Shown: in pieces, positions 10,558 through 19,444 of the stretch | Numbering within the stretch: position 1 is the stretch's first letter | How the letters are laid out: each line of letters begins with the position of its first letter | DNA from: Tyzzerella sp. UBA1042 | GTDB taxonomy: Bacteria; Bacillota; Clostridia; Lachnospirales; Anaerotignaceae | Assembly (NCBI GenBank): GCA_002316675.1 | Contig: DCDZ01000028.1 | Location: 3,002-67,001 of the forward strand | DNA length: 64,000 nucleotides | Reading direction: 5' to 3' | Made by a program: the position numbers and the translations under genes | The notes under the pieces: model-generated | The model's database searches: none | Told to the model about the DNA's origin: nothing | What the model saw: the letters and a program-made list of their open reading frames with translations, nothing else

Positions 10558-11238
10558 ATGAATTATGTAACGGATGAAGAGATGAGCAGCTTTTTGCGCA
10601 CCATACAGCCTATGTATGATGGCGCTTTGGGAGAAGTACAAAGAGAAGCAAATGCAGCAAATGTGCCCATTATACCCTTAGAAACAGCAAGACTGCTTAG
10701 TGTTTTGCTATCTATGAAAAAGCCTAAGCATATTTTGGAAATTGGAACGGCGGTGGGCTTTTCCGCGGGCTTGATGAGCAGATATTTGCAGCCGGGGGGG
10801 ACGGTAACCACCATTGACCGTTTTGAGGTGATGCTGCAGGAAGCCCGTCCGAATATCAAACGTATGGGTCTTGAGGACACAATTACGATTTTGGAAGGGG
10901 ATGCGGCGGATATTCTGCCAACGCTGGCGGGCCCTTATGATGTGATATTTTTGGATGCCGCCAAAGGGCAGTATCATAGCTTTTTGTCCCATTGCCTGCG
11001 GCTGATGCCCGTGGGGGGGCTTTTGATTGTGGATGATGTTTTGCAGGGAGGCACCATTGCTCAAACCCGCTATAGTGTGCCCAGAAGGCAGCGCACCATT
11101 CATAAGCGCTTGAGAGCCTTTTTGTGGGATATTACCCATCATGAAGGACTGGAGACTTCCATCATTCCCATCGGGGATGGCATGGCGCTTTGCTATAAAA
11201 CAAAGGAAACAGAAGGAGAAAAAAATCATGGGAAATAA
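10558..11238 (+). CDS. class I SAM-dependent O-methyltransferase (YrrM/TrmR-like)
   Basis: ILEIGTAVGFS SAM-binding motif and FLDAAKGQY. It sits between mltG and a U32 peptidase, matching the B. subtilis yrrL-yrrM-yrrN/O gene order. Confidence 0.8.
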   Translation: MNYVTDEEMSSFLRTIQPMYDGALGEVQREANAANVPIIPLETARLLSVLLSMKKPKHILEIGTAVGFSAGLMSRYLQPGGTVTTIDRFEVMLQEARPNIKRMGLEDTITILEGDAADILPTLAGPYDVIFLDAAKGQYHSFLSHCLRLMPVGGLLIVDDVLQGGTIAQTRYSVPRRQRTIHKRLRAFLWDITHHEGLETSIIPIGDGMALCYKTKETEGEKNHGK

Positions 11239-12472
11239 ACCTGAACTGTTGGCTCCGGCAGGAGATTTGGAAAAACTGAAAATCGCAGTTCTATATGGTG
11301 CCGATGCAGTCTATATCGGCGGCGAGGCTTATGGCCTGCGGGCAAAAGCAAAAAACTTTGATTTGGATACCATGGCCGAAGGCATTCGTTTTGCCCACGA
11401 CCATGGAGCAAAGGTTTATATTACCGCAAATATATTTGCCCATAATGCGGATTTTGAAGGCATGGCGGAATACTTTCAAGCGGTGGAGAAAATCGGGGCA
11501 GATGCTCTGATTATTTCTGATTTGGGGGTGTTTTCTGTGGCGAAAAAGGCTGTCCCCACGATGGAAATACACGTTTCAACCCAAGCCAACAATACTAATT
11601 ATATGAGTGCGGCCATGTGGTATCAGCTGGGGGCGAAGCGTATTGTTGTGGCAAGAGAGCTTTCCTTTCAAGAAGTAAAGGAGATGCGGGAAAAAATCCC
11701 CCGGGATATGGATATTGAGGCCTTTGTCCATGGGGCTATGTGCATTTCTTATTCCGGCAGGTGCCTGCTCAGCAATTATTTGAGCGGCAGAGATGCCAAT
11801 AAGGGTGCTTGTTCCCATCCCTGCCGATGGAAGTACCATCTGGTTGAGGAAACAAGACCTGGTGAATATATGCCCATTGAGGAGAATGAAAGAGGAACCT
11901 ATATTTATAACTCTAAGGATCTTTGTATGATTGAGCATATCCCAGATATTATAGAAGCGGGTATTATGAGCCTCAAAATTGAGGGACGGATGAAAACGCC
12001 GTTTTATGTGGGCACAGTGGTAAAGGCCTATCGCAAGGCCATTGATGATTATTTGGAATCCCCTGCACTTTACCAAGAAAACCTGCCCCACTATTTGGAA
12101 GAGGTCTCCAAGGCCAGTCATCGAGATTATACAGAAGGGTTTTATTATGAAAAGCCCGATGGAAATCAGCAAATATATGATAAAAACACCTATATTCGGG
12201 GATTTGATTTTATTGGCGTGGTAAAAGAGGATTGGAATCCGGAAAACGGCATTGCCATCGTGGAGCAGCGCAATAAATTTTCCGTGGGAGATACCATAGA
12301 GGTTATGCCTGCAAAGGGAGAGTCCTTTACAATGACCGTTGCCAAAATGTGGGACGAAGCCGGAGAGCCCGTGGAATCCGCCCCCCATCCTCAGCAAATT
12401 CTACAAATTTTGTTCGACAAACCTGTGAAGAAATTTGATATGTTGCGCAAAAATGTGTTGGATGCAAAATAA
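11228..12472 (+). CDS. peptidase U32 family protein (YrrN/YrrO, TrhP-like)
   Basis: PELLAPAGDLEKLKIAVLYGADAVYIGG, SLKIEGRMK and a cysteine cluster. The start is taken at MGNKPELL, which overlaps the end of the methyltransferase gene. Confidence 0.85.
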   Translation: MGNKPELLAPAGDLEKLKIAVLYGADAVYIGGEAYGLRAKAKNFDLDTMAEGIRFAHDHGAKVYITANIFAHNADFEGMAEYFQAVEKIGADALIISDLGVFSVAKKAVPTMEIHVSTQANNTNYMSAAMWYQLGAKRIVVARELSFQEVKEMREKIPRDMDIEAFVHGAMCISYSGRCLLSNYLSGRDANKGACSHPCRWKYHLVEETRPGEYMPIEENERGTYIYNSKDLCMIEHIPDIIEAGIMSLKIEGRMKTPFYVGTVVKAYRKAIDDYLESPALYQENLPHYLEEVSKASHRDYTEGFYYEKPDGNQQIYDKNTYIRGFDFIGVVKEDWNPENGIAIVEQRNKFSVGDTIEVMPAKGESFTMTVAKMWDEAGEPVESAPHPQQILQILFDKPVKKFDMLRKNVLDAK

Positions 12473-12544
12473 ATAACTTGATTTTTGTCAGAATTACAGC
12501 TATTCTATAAATAGAGAATCGAGAAAAGGGAAAAGGATAAGCAT

Positions 12545-12976
12545 ATGGAATTGACACAATGTATTAATTATTTATTGACCACGGCGCAGCACTCTGTTTT
12601 TCAGCATCTTAGTGCAAAATTGACAGAATACGATATTACACCGTCCCAATACGGTGTATTAAGTTGCTTATGGCAAAGGGAATTTGCCACACCGAAGCAA
12701 ATTTCTGAAATTCTTTGCTTGGAAACTTCAACGATTTCAGGAGTATTAGACCGTATGCAAAAAAAAGGCCTTATAGATCGAGTGATCAATAAGGAGGATC
12801 GGCGTGAAGTTCGTGTTGTTCCTACGGAAAAGGGCAAGGCTCTGGAAGTGCCGATTACGAAAATTATTGATGATGTGAACGATGAGGTTTTGAAATGTTT
12901 TTCCGGAGATGAGATTGCAGTGTTAAAAAATAATTTGCGCATTATTGCGGATGGAAGTCATTTTGCAGAAGGGTAA
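12545..12976 (+). CDS. MarR family transcriptional regulator
   Basis: 143-aa winged-helix layout (ITPSQYGVLSCLW..., LDRMQKKGLIDRV...DRREV). Confidence 0.85.
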   Translation: MELTQCINYLLTTAQHSVFQHLSAKLTEYDITPSQYGVLSCLWQREFATPKQISEILCLETSTISGVLDRMQKKGLIDRVINKEDRREVRVVPTEKGKALEVPITKIIDDVNDEVLKCFSGDEIAVLKNNLRIIADGSHFAEG

Positions 12977-13064
12977 GTAGGAAAGGTAGGTCATTTGGCC
13001 TGCTTTTTTTATGTTTGGTTGCAAGTGCAGCTTGAATGCTGTTATGTATCAGGGCAAAGCCCTG

Positions 13065-13124
13065 TTAATCCTTTAAAGCGTTGTTGAGCTTTTTTAAAGC
13101 TTTTTTTTCTATGCGTGATACGTA
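13065..13124 (-). CDS. sigK: sigK 3' segment: end of the region 4.2 recognition helix plus C-terminal tail
   Basis: The minus strand reads (Y)VSRIEKKALKKLNNALKD-stop. This is exactly the sequence missing after ...GISRSY in the sigK 5' segment at 47677-48318. It has no start codon of its own. A CAGGGC-AAA-GCCCTG hairpin (13050-13064) follows the stop. Confidence 0.8.
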   Translation of the reverse strand, partial: YVSRIEKKALKKLNNALKD

Positions 13125-13342
13125 CTCTCCTGAGAGAGAAGGGGTAAATGTATCAGCCTTACTTATTTTGCTGGCAAAATATGTGAAAGGAATGAATTTT
13201 TTGTAAAATTTTGATAAATCCTGTGCAATTGTATGCTTTTCTTATTGTTTTATGTAATTAAGTTTGTTACAATATTTAAGATGAAAATGTAATCTGCGGT
13301 TCGGACAACATAGAGCTTATAAGTGTGTATTAGAAAAAGAGA

Positions 13343-16300
13343 GTGAATGTGATGAGAGAAAAAATATCATTAAAAAATCACAAGGGATATACATTGGTTG
13401 AAGTGCTGATTGCAGTGGCGATTATCATTATTATTAGTATCATTGCCATACCCGCAGTAGGCAGTTTGAAAAAAAGTCTGACATTAACGAAATATGATGA
13501 TACTGCACGGCAGATTTATCTGGTTTCTCAAAATAAGCTTACAACAATGAAATCCACAGGAACGTTGGGTGTTTTTTTAGATGCAGTAGAAAAAGACTAT
13601 GCAGCCCAGAAGCTTACGCAAGAGCCACAGGATTATAACGATGAAAAAACGGATTGGAAAGATCTATACTATTTTACCGATTCCGATACTGTTTTTGTAA
13701 ATTATATCATGGGTACCAGTTCTGTTTTAACGGCTTCCATGGAAAACGAAGGGCATTTTTTGGTTGAGTTGAACCCGAAAACAGGAGATGTTTACGGTGT
13801 CTTTTATGCGGAGAAAGCGTTTACATATGATGACATACAAGAACTTTTTTCCAGAGCGAAAAAAGCCCGCAAAACAAAAATGCTTGGCTATTATGGAGGT
13901 ATTTCGGAATTTTCCGCAGGGGAGGAACTGCCGACAGAGTTTACACCCACGGCAGGTATTGTGAATAAAGAGGATTTATATCTCAATATTGAATTAACGG
14001 GTATGCGACCGTTTATTAAAACACAAAATAAGCTTTTGGTATCCGTGACCGTAACGGACGAAAGCTATGATGCTGCAAAGCCCACAGAACATACCTTTAC
14101 CAAAGAATTAAAAGGCGGAACAGATTTTACAATTCAAAAGGCAAATTGCCAAATTCCGGTGCTTTTGGATAGTATCGAAGGCGGCAAGAACAGTTTTAGC
14201 AACATTACCGAGGGTAAGTTGACAGCAGGGGATAATATTCATATAACGGTATCTGTCACCTATGATGATGGAGAGGATATTCATATTACCGGCAATACCA
14301 TTGCCTCCACAAATAGTCTTTTTGCGAAAAAAGAGGTGGAAGGCGATTTAGAGGTGCAGTATGTACGTCATTTGAGGAATTTGGATGAGTCTGTTTATGA
14401 AGTAAATAAAAGTGAGGAAAGTAAGCCGATTACTGTTACCCAGACAAAACCCATTGATTATGATTATACCCAATGGGAAGATGACGCAAGAATTCCCGGA
14501 AATACAGGTGACAATCCTTATTCCGCTGACTTTGCACCTCTGAAAAACCTAAAATTATTTGACGGCATGACGTTTGATGGAAATAACAATGAAATTTTGA
14601 ACTTTAAGATATCCGGAGGCCATTATACCGGTTTATTTTCTAAATTAATAAATTCCCATATGAAAAACATGAAATTAGTCAATTTCAGTGTTACAGGGAA
14701 TTCTTATGTTGGTGCGTTGACCGGTCAGATCACAGGGGGAAGCATTACGAACTGCGGCGTATACCTAACAACGAGAAATGAATTTAATCAGCCGCTTCCG
14801 GATATGCCCGAGCGGGTTCAGCGTTATCAAGTAAAAGGGTCTCCTGAAGATTCTAGTTATGTAGGCGGCATGGTGGGGCAAGCAACCCAGCGTACTGTTA
14901 CCAAAGATTCCTTTGCTGCAATAAATGTTTCCGGTACAGCTTCTTTTATAGGAGGTTTTTGCGGACGATATGATAATGGTTCTATTACAAATTCTTATTC
15001 CTCAGGCGACGTTACCGGAGGACTTTGGTATACAGGCGGCTTTCTGGGAGAACTGAATAATTCTTCCATCAGCCAATGCTATTCTACCTCCGATGTAGTT
15101 TATGTGCTTGGTTCTGCAGGAGGGTTCGTTGGTCGTGCAGTTAACGGAAGTATTTCTGATTCCAATTCCTATGGCCTTGTGAAAAAAAAGGATGGCACTT
15201 CGGTTGTCGGGACCTCCGGAGGATTTGTAGGTGTTACGACCTCGACGATTCGTAATTGCAACTTTCTGAGGCAGCCGAACTACAATGCTGCTTATGAAAT
15301 AAGCCCTGCAGGTGTGAAGGGGCAAGGATTTTCTGGTTTAAAACCAGAAAAAGGTAATTCACCAAGTGATTGCTATCCTTATAAGGATGAATTGGTAGGC
15401 AACAGTATTCCTTTTAAAATGCTGGCGAGAGAGGGCGGGGCAATCATACCCCATTATGGTGATTGGCCGGGAGAGATGAAGCTGCAGACCTCTTTGGTAT
15501 ATTATGAAAAATATGCCACTGCCGATCAGGATGGGAATTATTACGGCTATTATGCCGAAACAAGCTTAACTGATGATGGGAGCGCATATGATTCAGGGAA
15601 AATCAATGGCTGGAGGCTAAATACTTTACGGCAGGAGCCTTGTGTTGAGGATGGGTATGCATTGATGACGATTTACGAACTAGGCGGTTTCCAATATGAG
15701 TTAAATGGGGATTTACCTAATCCAAAGAGAAATTCGGTGAAAGTTACAGATTCAGCAACGCCCACAGCCGAAGAAGCAACAAAAATTATGAATAGGGTTT
15801 CTTTGGTGTTCACCAATATTGAAGAAAGCAATATAAAGTATACCATTTCCAATGCAAGGGTTTATCGTCTGCCGTTTGCTTTGCAGATGACAGATAGAAA
15901 TACTGCGGCAAGGTTTTATGACCGGTTGGAAATCAGCTATGAAGGCAAGGGCAAAAAGACAGAAGAGTATACATTCTTCTATTGCCCTGACTTTGCAAAG
16001 AACGCCATCAATCCGGATATTAGTAGTACTGCGGCGGACACACCGCTGAATCCAACAGGGGATAAAAACCCGATTTCGGTTAGAAGCCCTCGTCATATAA
16101 ATGCTTTGGCGCGTGCGGCTTATTATTGGAACACCACAAAATGGACAGAGAGCACCGATATAAGGTATCATTTTGTGCAGGAAAATGACATTGATTTTGA
16201 ACTTTATACGAAAGAATACTGCGGAAAAAGCTATAATTTAATGGATGCTTCCAGCAAAAACACCTATAGAAACAGACCCATTGGCCGCCCTAATTCTCAG

Positions 16301-17374
16301 GCTTTTACGGATCCCAATGGGGATACCTATACACCCAGTAATTTTAGAAATCGTTATAATGGTCAAGGGTATAAGATTATAGACTATAGATGTATTACCA
16401 CAAAGGCAGATAGTTATCAGTTTACAGGGCTGTTTGGAGAAGTTCAGCAGGCAACCCTAAAAAACATTGTGATGATTGCCTCTGATCCCGAGAATGAGAG
16501 TGGATACGTTATTTCCCAATATAATGATGATAAGCATCCCGGCGTGGGAGCCTTAGTTGGTTTGGTTTATGTGGATATAGGAGGGAAGGATTACGAGGAC
16601 GGAACCCCCGCAACGGTGTCCAATTGTTCCGTGTCTGGCTACGTGGTGAGGTACGAGCCAGCTGGCGATGCAAACCATCCCAGTGCAGTGGGTGGTTTAG
16701 CAGGCTATAACTTCGGGAAAATTGAAAACAGCAGCGCAGTGAATAAGCTGGTAACTGCATCTGAAAAAGCTGGCAGACAGAACCGATATATTGGCGGTTT
16801 GGTTGGTTCTATGAATGGTCAGGGAAGTATCACAAATTGTTATGCAGGTGGTCTGGTTACAGTTGCAGATACTGGAAGACGGTCAACAAAAACAAACTTG
16901 GCAGGTATTTGTGCAGGTTTTGAAAATATCTATGGTGCATTTGATAGCAGTAGCGATAAAAGAAAAATGCTTATTAAAAACGTCTATTCCTATTGTAACC
17001 TGGAAAAAAATGAAAGAAATATGAGGACGTATGCTGTAGTAAATACCGAGGATAAGATAACTTTGTTCAGTAGAAGTGGCTATTATCTCTCCTCCAATGT
17101 GGAGAATATCACATCCTTAGAGGATAGAACTATCTCTCGAGGAATGAGCTTTGATGAATTGCGTGGGCTATCCTTCCAGGCCAGCGGCACTGCTGCGGCC
17201 TCAGGACGTGCCTCCGCAGACAATACCCATCCTTGGTCCAAGGATTTGGAATCCATTGCCTATTCTTACCCTGCAGTGGTAGTTGACCCAAGAAAGAACA
17301 ATACCACCTATGTTCATTATGGCGATTGGTCTTTGGCTAGGGATAGTGCTAGGGAGGAAAGGTTGGTACAGTGA
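13343..17374 (+). CDS. giant modular type IV pilin-like protein with a GLUG-type repeat module (candidate pilus adhesin)
   Basis: The N-terminus ...SLKNHKG|YTLVEVLIAVAIIIIISIIAIP is a prepilin cleavage/methylation motif with Glu at +5. It is followed by about 1300 aa containing about 10 spaced (Y/F)xGG(L/F/M)(V/C/L)G units (YVGALTGQ, YVGGMVGQ, FIGGFCGR, YTGGFLGE, AGGFVGR, SGGFVGV, AVGGLAGY, YIGGLVGS). The start could be GTG 13343 or ATG 13352. Confidence 0.85.
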   Translation: MNVMREKISLKNHKGYTLVEVLIAVAIIIIISIIAIPAVGSLKKSLTLTKYDDTARQIYLVSQNKLTTMKSTGTLGVFLDAVEKDYAAQKLTQEPQDYNDEKTDWKDLYYFTDSDTVFVNYIMGTSSVLTASMENEGHFLVELNPKTGDVYGVFYAEKAFTYDDIQELFSRAKKARKTKMLGYYGGISEFSAGEELPTEFTPTAGIVNKEDLYLNIELTGMRPFIKTQNKLLVSVTVTDESYDAAKPTEHTFTKELKGGTDFTIQKANCQIPVLLDSIEGGKNSFSNITEGKLTAGDNIHITVSVTYDDGEDIHITGNTIASTNSLFAKKEVEGDLEVQYVRHLRNLDESVYEVNKSEESKPITVTQTKPIDYDYTQWEDDARIPGNTGDNPYSADFAPLKNLKLFDGMTFDGNNNEILNFKISGGHYTGLFSKLINSHMKNMKLVNFSVTGNSYVGALTGQITGGSITNCGVYLTTRNEFNQPLPDMPERVQRYQVKGSPEDSSYVGGMVGQATQRTVTKDSFAAINVSGTASFIGGFCGRYDNGSITNSYSSGDVTGGLWYTGGFLGELNNSSISQCYSTSDVVYVLGSAGGFVGRAVNGSISDSNSYGLVKKKDGTSVVGTSGGFVGVTTSTIRNCNFLRQPNYNAAYEISPAGVKGQGFSGLKPEKGNSPSDCYPYKDELVGNSIPFKMLAREGGAIIPHYGDWPGEMKLQTSLVYYEKYATADQDGNYYGYYAETSLTDDGSAYDSGKINGWRLNTLRQEPCVEDGYALMTIYELGGFQYELNGDLPNPKRNSVKVTDSATPTAEEATKIMNRVSLVFTNIEESNIKYTISNARVYRLPFALQMTDRNTAARFYDRLEISYEGKGKKTEEYTFFYCPDFAKNAINPDISSTAADTPLNPTGDKNPISVRSPRHINALARAAYYWNTTKWTESTDIRYHFVQENDIDFELYTKEYCGKSYNLMDASSKNTYRNRPIGRPNSQAFTDPNGDTYTPSNFRNRYNGQGYKIIDYRCITTKADSYQFTGLFGEVQQATLKNIVMIASDPENESGYVISQYNDDKHPGVGALVGLVYVDIGGKDYEDGTPATVSNCSVSGYVVRYEPAGDANHPSAVGGLAGYNFGKIENSSAVNKLVTASEKAGRQNRYIGGLVGSMNGQGSITNCYAGGLVTVADTGRRSTKTNLAGICAGFENIYGAFDSSSDKRKMLIKNVYSYCNLEKNERNMRTYAVVNTEDKITLFSRSGYYLSSNVENITSLEDRTISRGMSFDELRGLSFQASGTAAASGRASADNTHPWSKDLESIAYSYPAVVVDPRKNNTTYVHYGDWSLARDSAREERLVQ

Positions 17375-17580
17375 GACTGTATGAGCAAGAGCGATGGAAT
17401 AATTGGAATTATTATGGAAACGGTGTCCTGTTTGACATTGGGAATACAAGCATTACAGAACTTGAAGCTCGGGGTAATCCGGTAGGAGAATATTCCTACT
17501 ATGAGTATTATGGATATGGCATTGTGTTTGACAGCGCCTTTGCAGAGTATTTATCTGATTGGGAAGCGGAATCTGTGTAG
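17371..17580 (+). CDS. small acidic Tyr/Asn/Gly-rich hypothetical protein, translationally coupled to the giant pilin gene
   Basis: The GTG start overlaps the TGA stop of the upstream gene (GTGA). It is 69 aa with no signal peptide and no recognisable motif. Confidence 0.4.
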   Translation: MRLYEQERWNNWNYYGNGVLFDIGNTSITELEARGNPVGEYSYYEYYGYGIVFDSAFAEYLSDWEAESV

Positions 17581-17832
17581 TCATTTGAATACACATCTGG
17601 ATGGAAAAAAAGAGACTGTACGGAGGCCAGTGTCGTTATCAAATTTAACATCATATACGTTGTCAAATAAAAATGCAAATGGTATAATTGTCAAAGCTTT
17701 TAGGGTTGACAGTGGATATTTAGAAAGCGTTACTGCGCGCAATCAAGAAGATGGTTCAGAGTATAAGTTTGTATGTTGTATATAGCAACAATACGTTCAC
17801 CTTCCAGTCTTAAAGAAACAGAGGTGCCTTTT

Positions 17833-18600
17833 ATGAAAAATATAAACAAAAAACTTAAAAGTGAAAAAGGTGCCTCTATCCTTCTTGCCCTCATGCTTTT
17901 TCTTGTCTGCTTTATGGTGGCCTCCGTTATTTTAAGCTCTGCCACAGCAAATGCAGATAAGCTTCACCAGCGGGAGGATAACCAAAGGGAGTATCTGTCT
18001 GTCAGTTCGGCTGCAACCCTTCTGCGGGATGTTTTGGGTGGAATAGAATATACCGGTTGGGAAAACAATAAGGTGTTTTATTATCAAGATGAGTCGGCAA
18101 TAAATTTGGGAACGCAAGAGGATATACCGGAAAAATGTGAGGCCATGGTGTATACTGAGGAGAAAGAAGCCAGAATGAGGGCAGAGCTGGAAAGAGCAAT
18201 TTATCAAGCATTTTCCTCTCATACGAAATGGTATACGAAAGTACCCGTTGCTGATGTATTGACAAAGGAGTTCGTAATATCCGGAGAGGGTATGGAGGAG
18301 ATTAAGGTTGTATTGTCTTTAGATACAAAAACCTATTATGTGACCTGCGAGCTCACGCAAAACGATAGTTCGGGAACGAACAATGCAATGACAGTGCTAT
18401 TTAAGGCGGCGGTTCACAAGGATGACTCTCCCCAAAGCCGTGAATATACGGATGAAAATTTTACATATTGGGAAGCAGTTCCTAATGCTGATGGGGAAGG
18501 CACCCACTGGGAAAGCAGGCTGTATAGAATTGTGGAATATAAAATTGTGACTAAAATCAGCTATGATGCAGGAACCATCACAAAGGGGGTATACCCTTGA
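17833..18600 (+). CDS. pilin-like minor component lacking Glu5 (PilX/GspK-like role possible)
   Basis: MKNINKKLKSEKG|ASILLALMLFLVCFMVASVIL has a basic leader, a Gly and a hydrophobic helix but no Glu at +5. The gene sits inside the pilin gene cluster. Confidence 0.6.
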   Translation: MKNINKKLKSEKGASILLALMLFLVCFMVASVILSSATANADKLHQREDNQREYLSVSSAATLLRDVLGGIEYTGWENNKVFYYQDESAINLGTQEDIPEKCEAMVYTEEKEARMRAELERAIYQAFSSHTKWYTKVPVADVLTKEFVISGEGMEEIKVVLSLDTKTYYVTCELTQNDSSGTNNAMTVLFKAAVHKDDSPQSREYTDENFTYWEAVPNADGEGTHWESRLYRIVEYKIVTKISYDAGTITKGVYP

Positions 18601-18908
18601 AATTAGAAAAAAAACGTAGAAGCATAAAAGGAGAAACACTGCTGGAAACCTTGGTCGCCATTCTTATTCTTACTATTTCCGCCATGATGCTGGCAGAGAT
18701 GACGGCTTCTTCAGTGAGAATTAACCGCACTGTAGAGAAGATAGACAAAGAATACCGGGAAAATGTGTCTGCAGCTGAAAAAAGGAAATTCTATAAAAAT
18801 GAAACGGTTACAATCAAAACAACTGATAAAGAATATACCTATAAGGTTGAATATTATGGAAAAGCAGATGGGCTAACCTCCTATAAAGCGGAGGAAGGGG
18901 AGATATGA
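18597..18908 (+). CDS. minor (pseudo)pilin
   Basis: MKLEKKRRSIKG|ETLLETLVAILILTISAMML has a prepilin-type leader with Glu at +5. The start overlaps the previous stop. Confidence 0.7.
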   Translation: MKLEKKRRSIKGETLLETLVAILILTISAMMLAEMTASSVRINRTVEKIDKEYRENVSAAEKRKFYKNETVTIKTTDKEYTYKVEYYGKADGLTSYKAEEGEI

Positions 18909-18909
18909 A

Positions 18910-19407
18910 ATGAAGGTGCTTCAAAAAATTGCAAATTGCAAGGGGTTCTCTTTGTTAGAATCTATGGCGGCATTACTCATTATCTCCATTCTAACCGTGG
19001 GAATTACCACCGGGGTAAACGCCGCATCTAAAATTTATCAACAATCCCTTTTTGTTTCCGAGGGAGACATATTGGCGGCTACGGTGGATACGGCACTATC
19101 CGATGTTCTGCGCTTTTCCTCAGAAATTAGTGAGGAAGATGGTGTGGTCAGCTTTACCAACGCAAACTACAGCGTAAAAAAGGGCCATTTGCTGTCGGAA
19201 AGCGGTTGGCTGTATTTAAATTTGCGGGGAGAGGAGGATGCACCTTTGGTTTTATTGCTGAATAATGGGGTTTATTCTTCTATGGAAATTAATTCTTTTC
19301 AACTAAGCTATGCGGAAGGTGTTTTTTCCGGCAGCTATGAAATAAAAAGCAAGAAGGATGATACGCTGGTAAAAAAGTACGCTTTTCATTTCCGCACGCT
19401 AAGCTGA
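18910..19407 (+). CDS. minor (pseudo)pilin
   Basis: MKVLQKIANCKG|FSLLESMAALLIISILTVG has the canonical G|F...E5 prepilin motif. Confidence 0.75.
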   Translation: MKVLQKIANCKGFSLLESMAALLIISILTVGITTGVNAASKIYQQSLFVSEGDILAATVDTALSDVLRFSSEISEEDGVVSFTNANYSVKKGHLLSESGWLYLNLRGEEDAPLVLLLNNGVYSSMEINSFQLSYAEGVFSGSYEIKSKKDDTLVKKYAFHFRTLS

Positions 19408-19444
19408 TTCCGGTCAATGCGCTGACAAGGAGGCGAAAGAGAAA

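Noticed and set aside
11576-12397. A 273-aa antisense ORF inside the U32 peptidase gene. There are similar long shadow ORFs, for example 8208-8999 inside folC, 33402-34130 opposite the nitroreductase, 10708-11229, 42109-42651 and 4846-5358.
   Set aside because: They overlap well-supported genes on the other strand, have low-complexity or odd composition, no RBS and no recognisable motifs. They are typical shadow ORFs.
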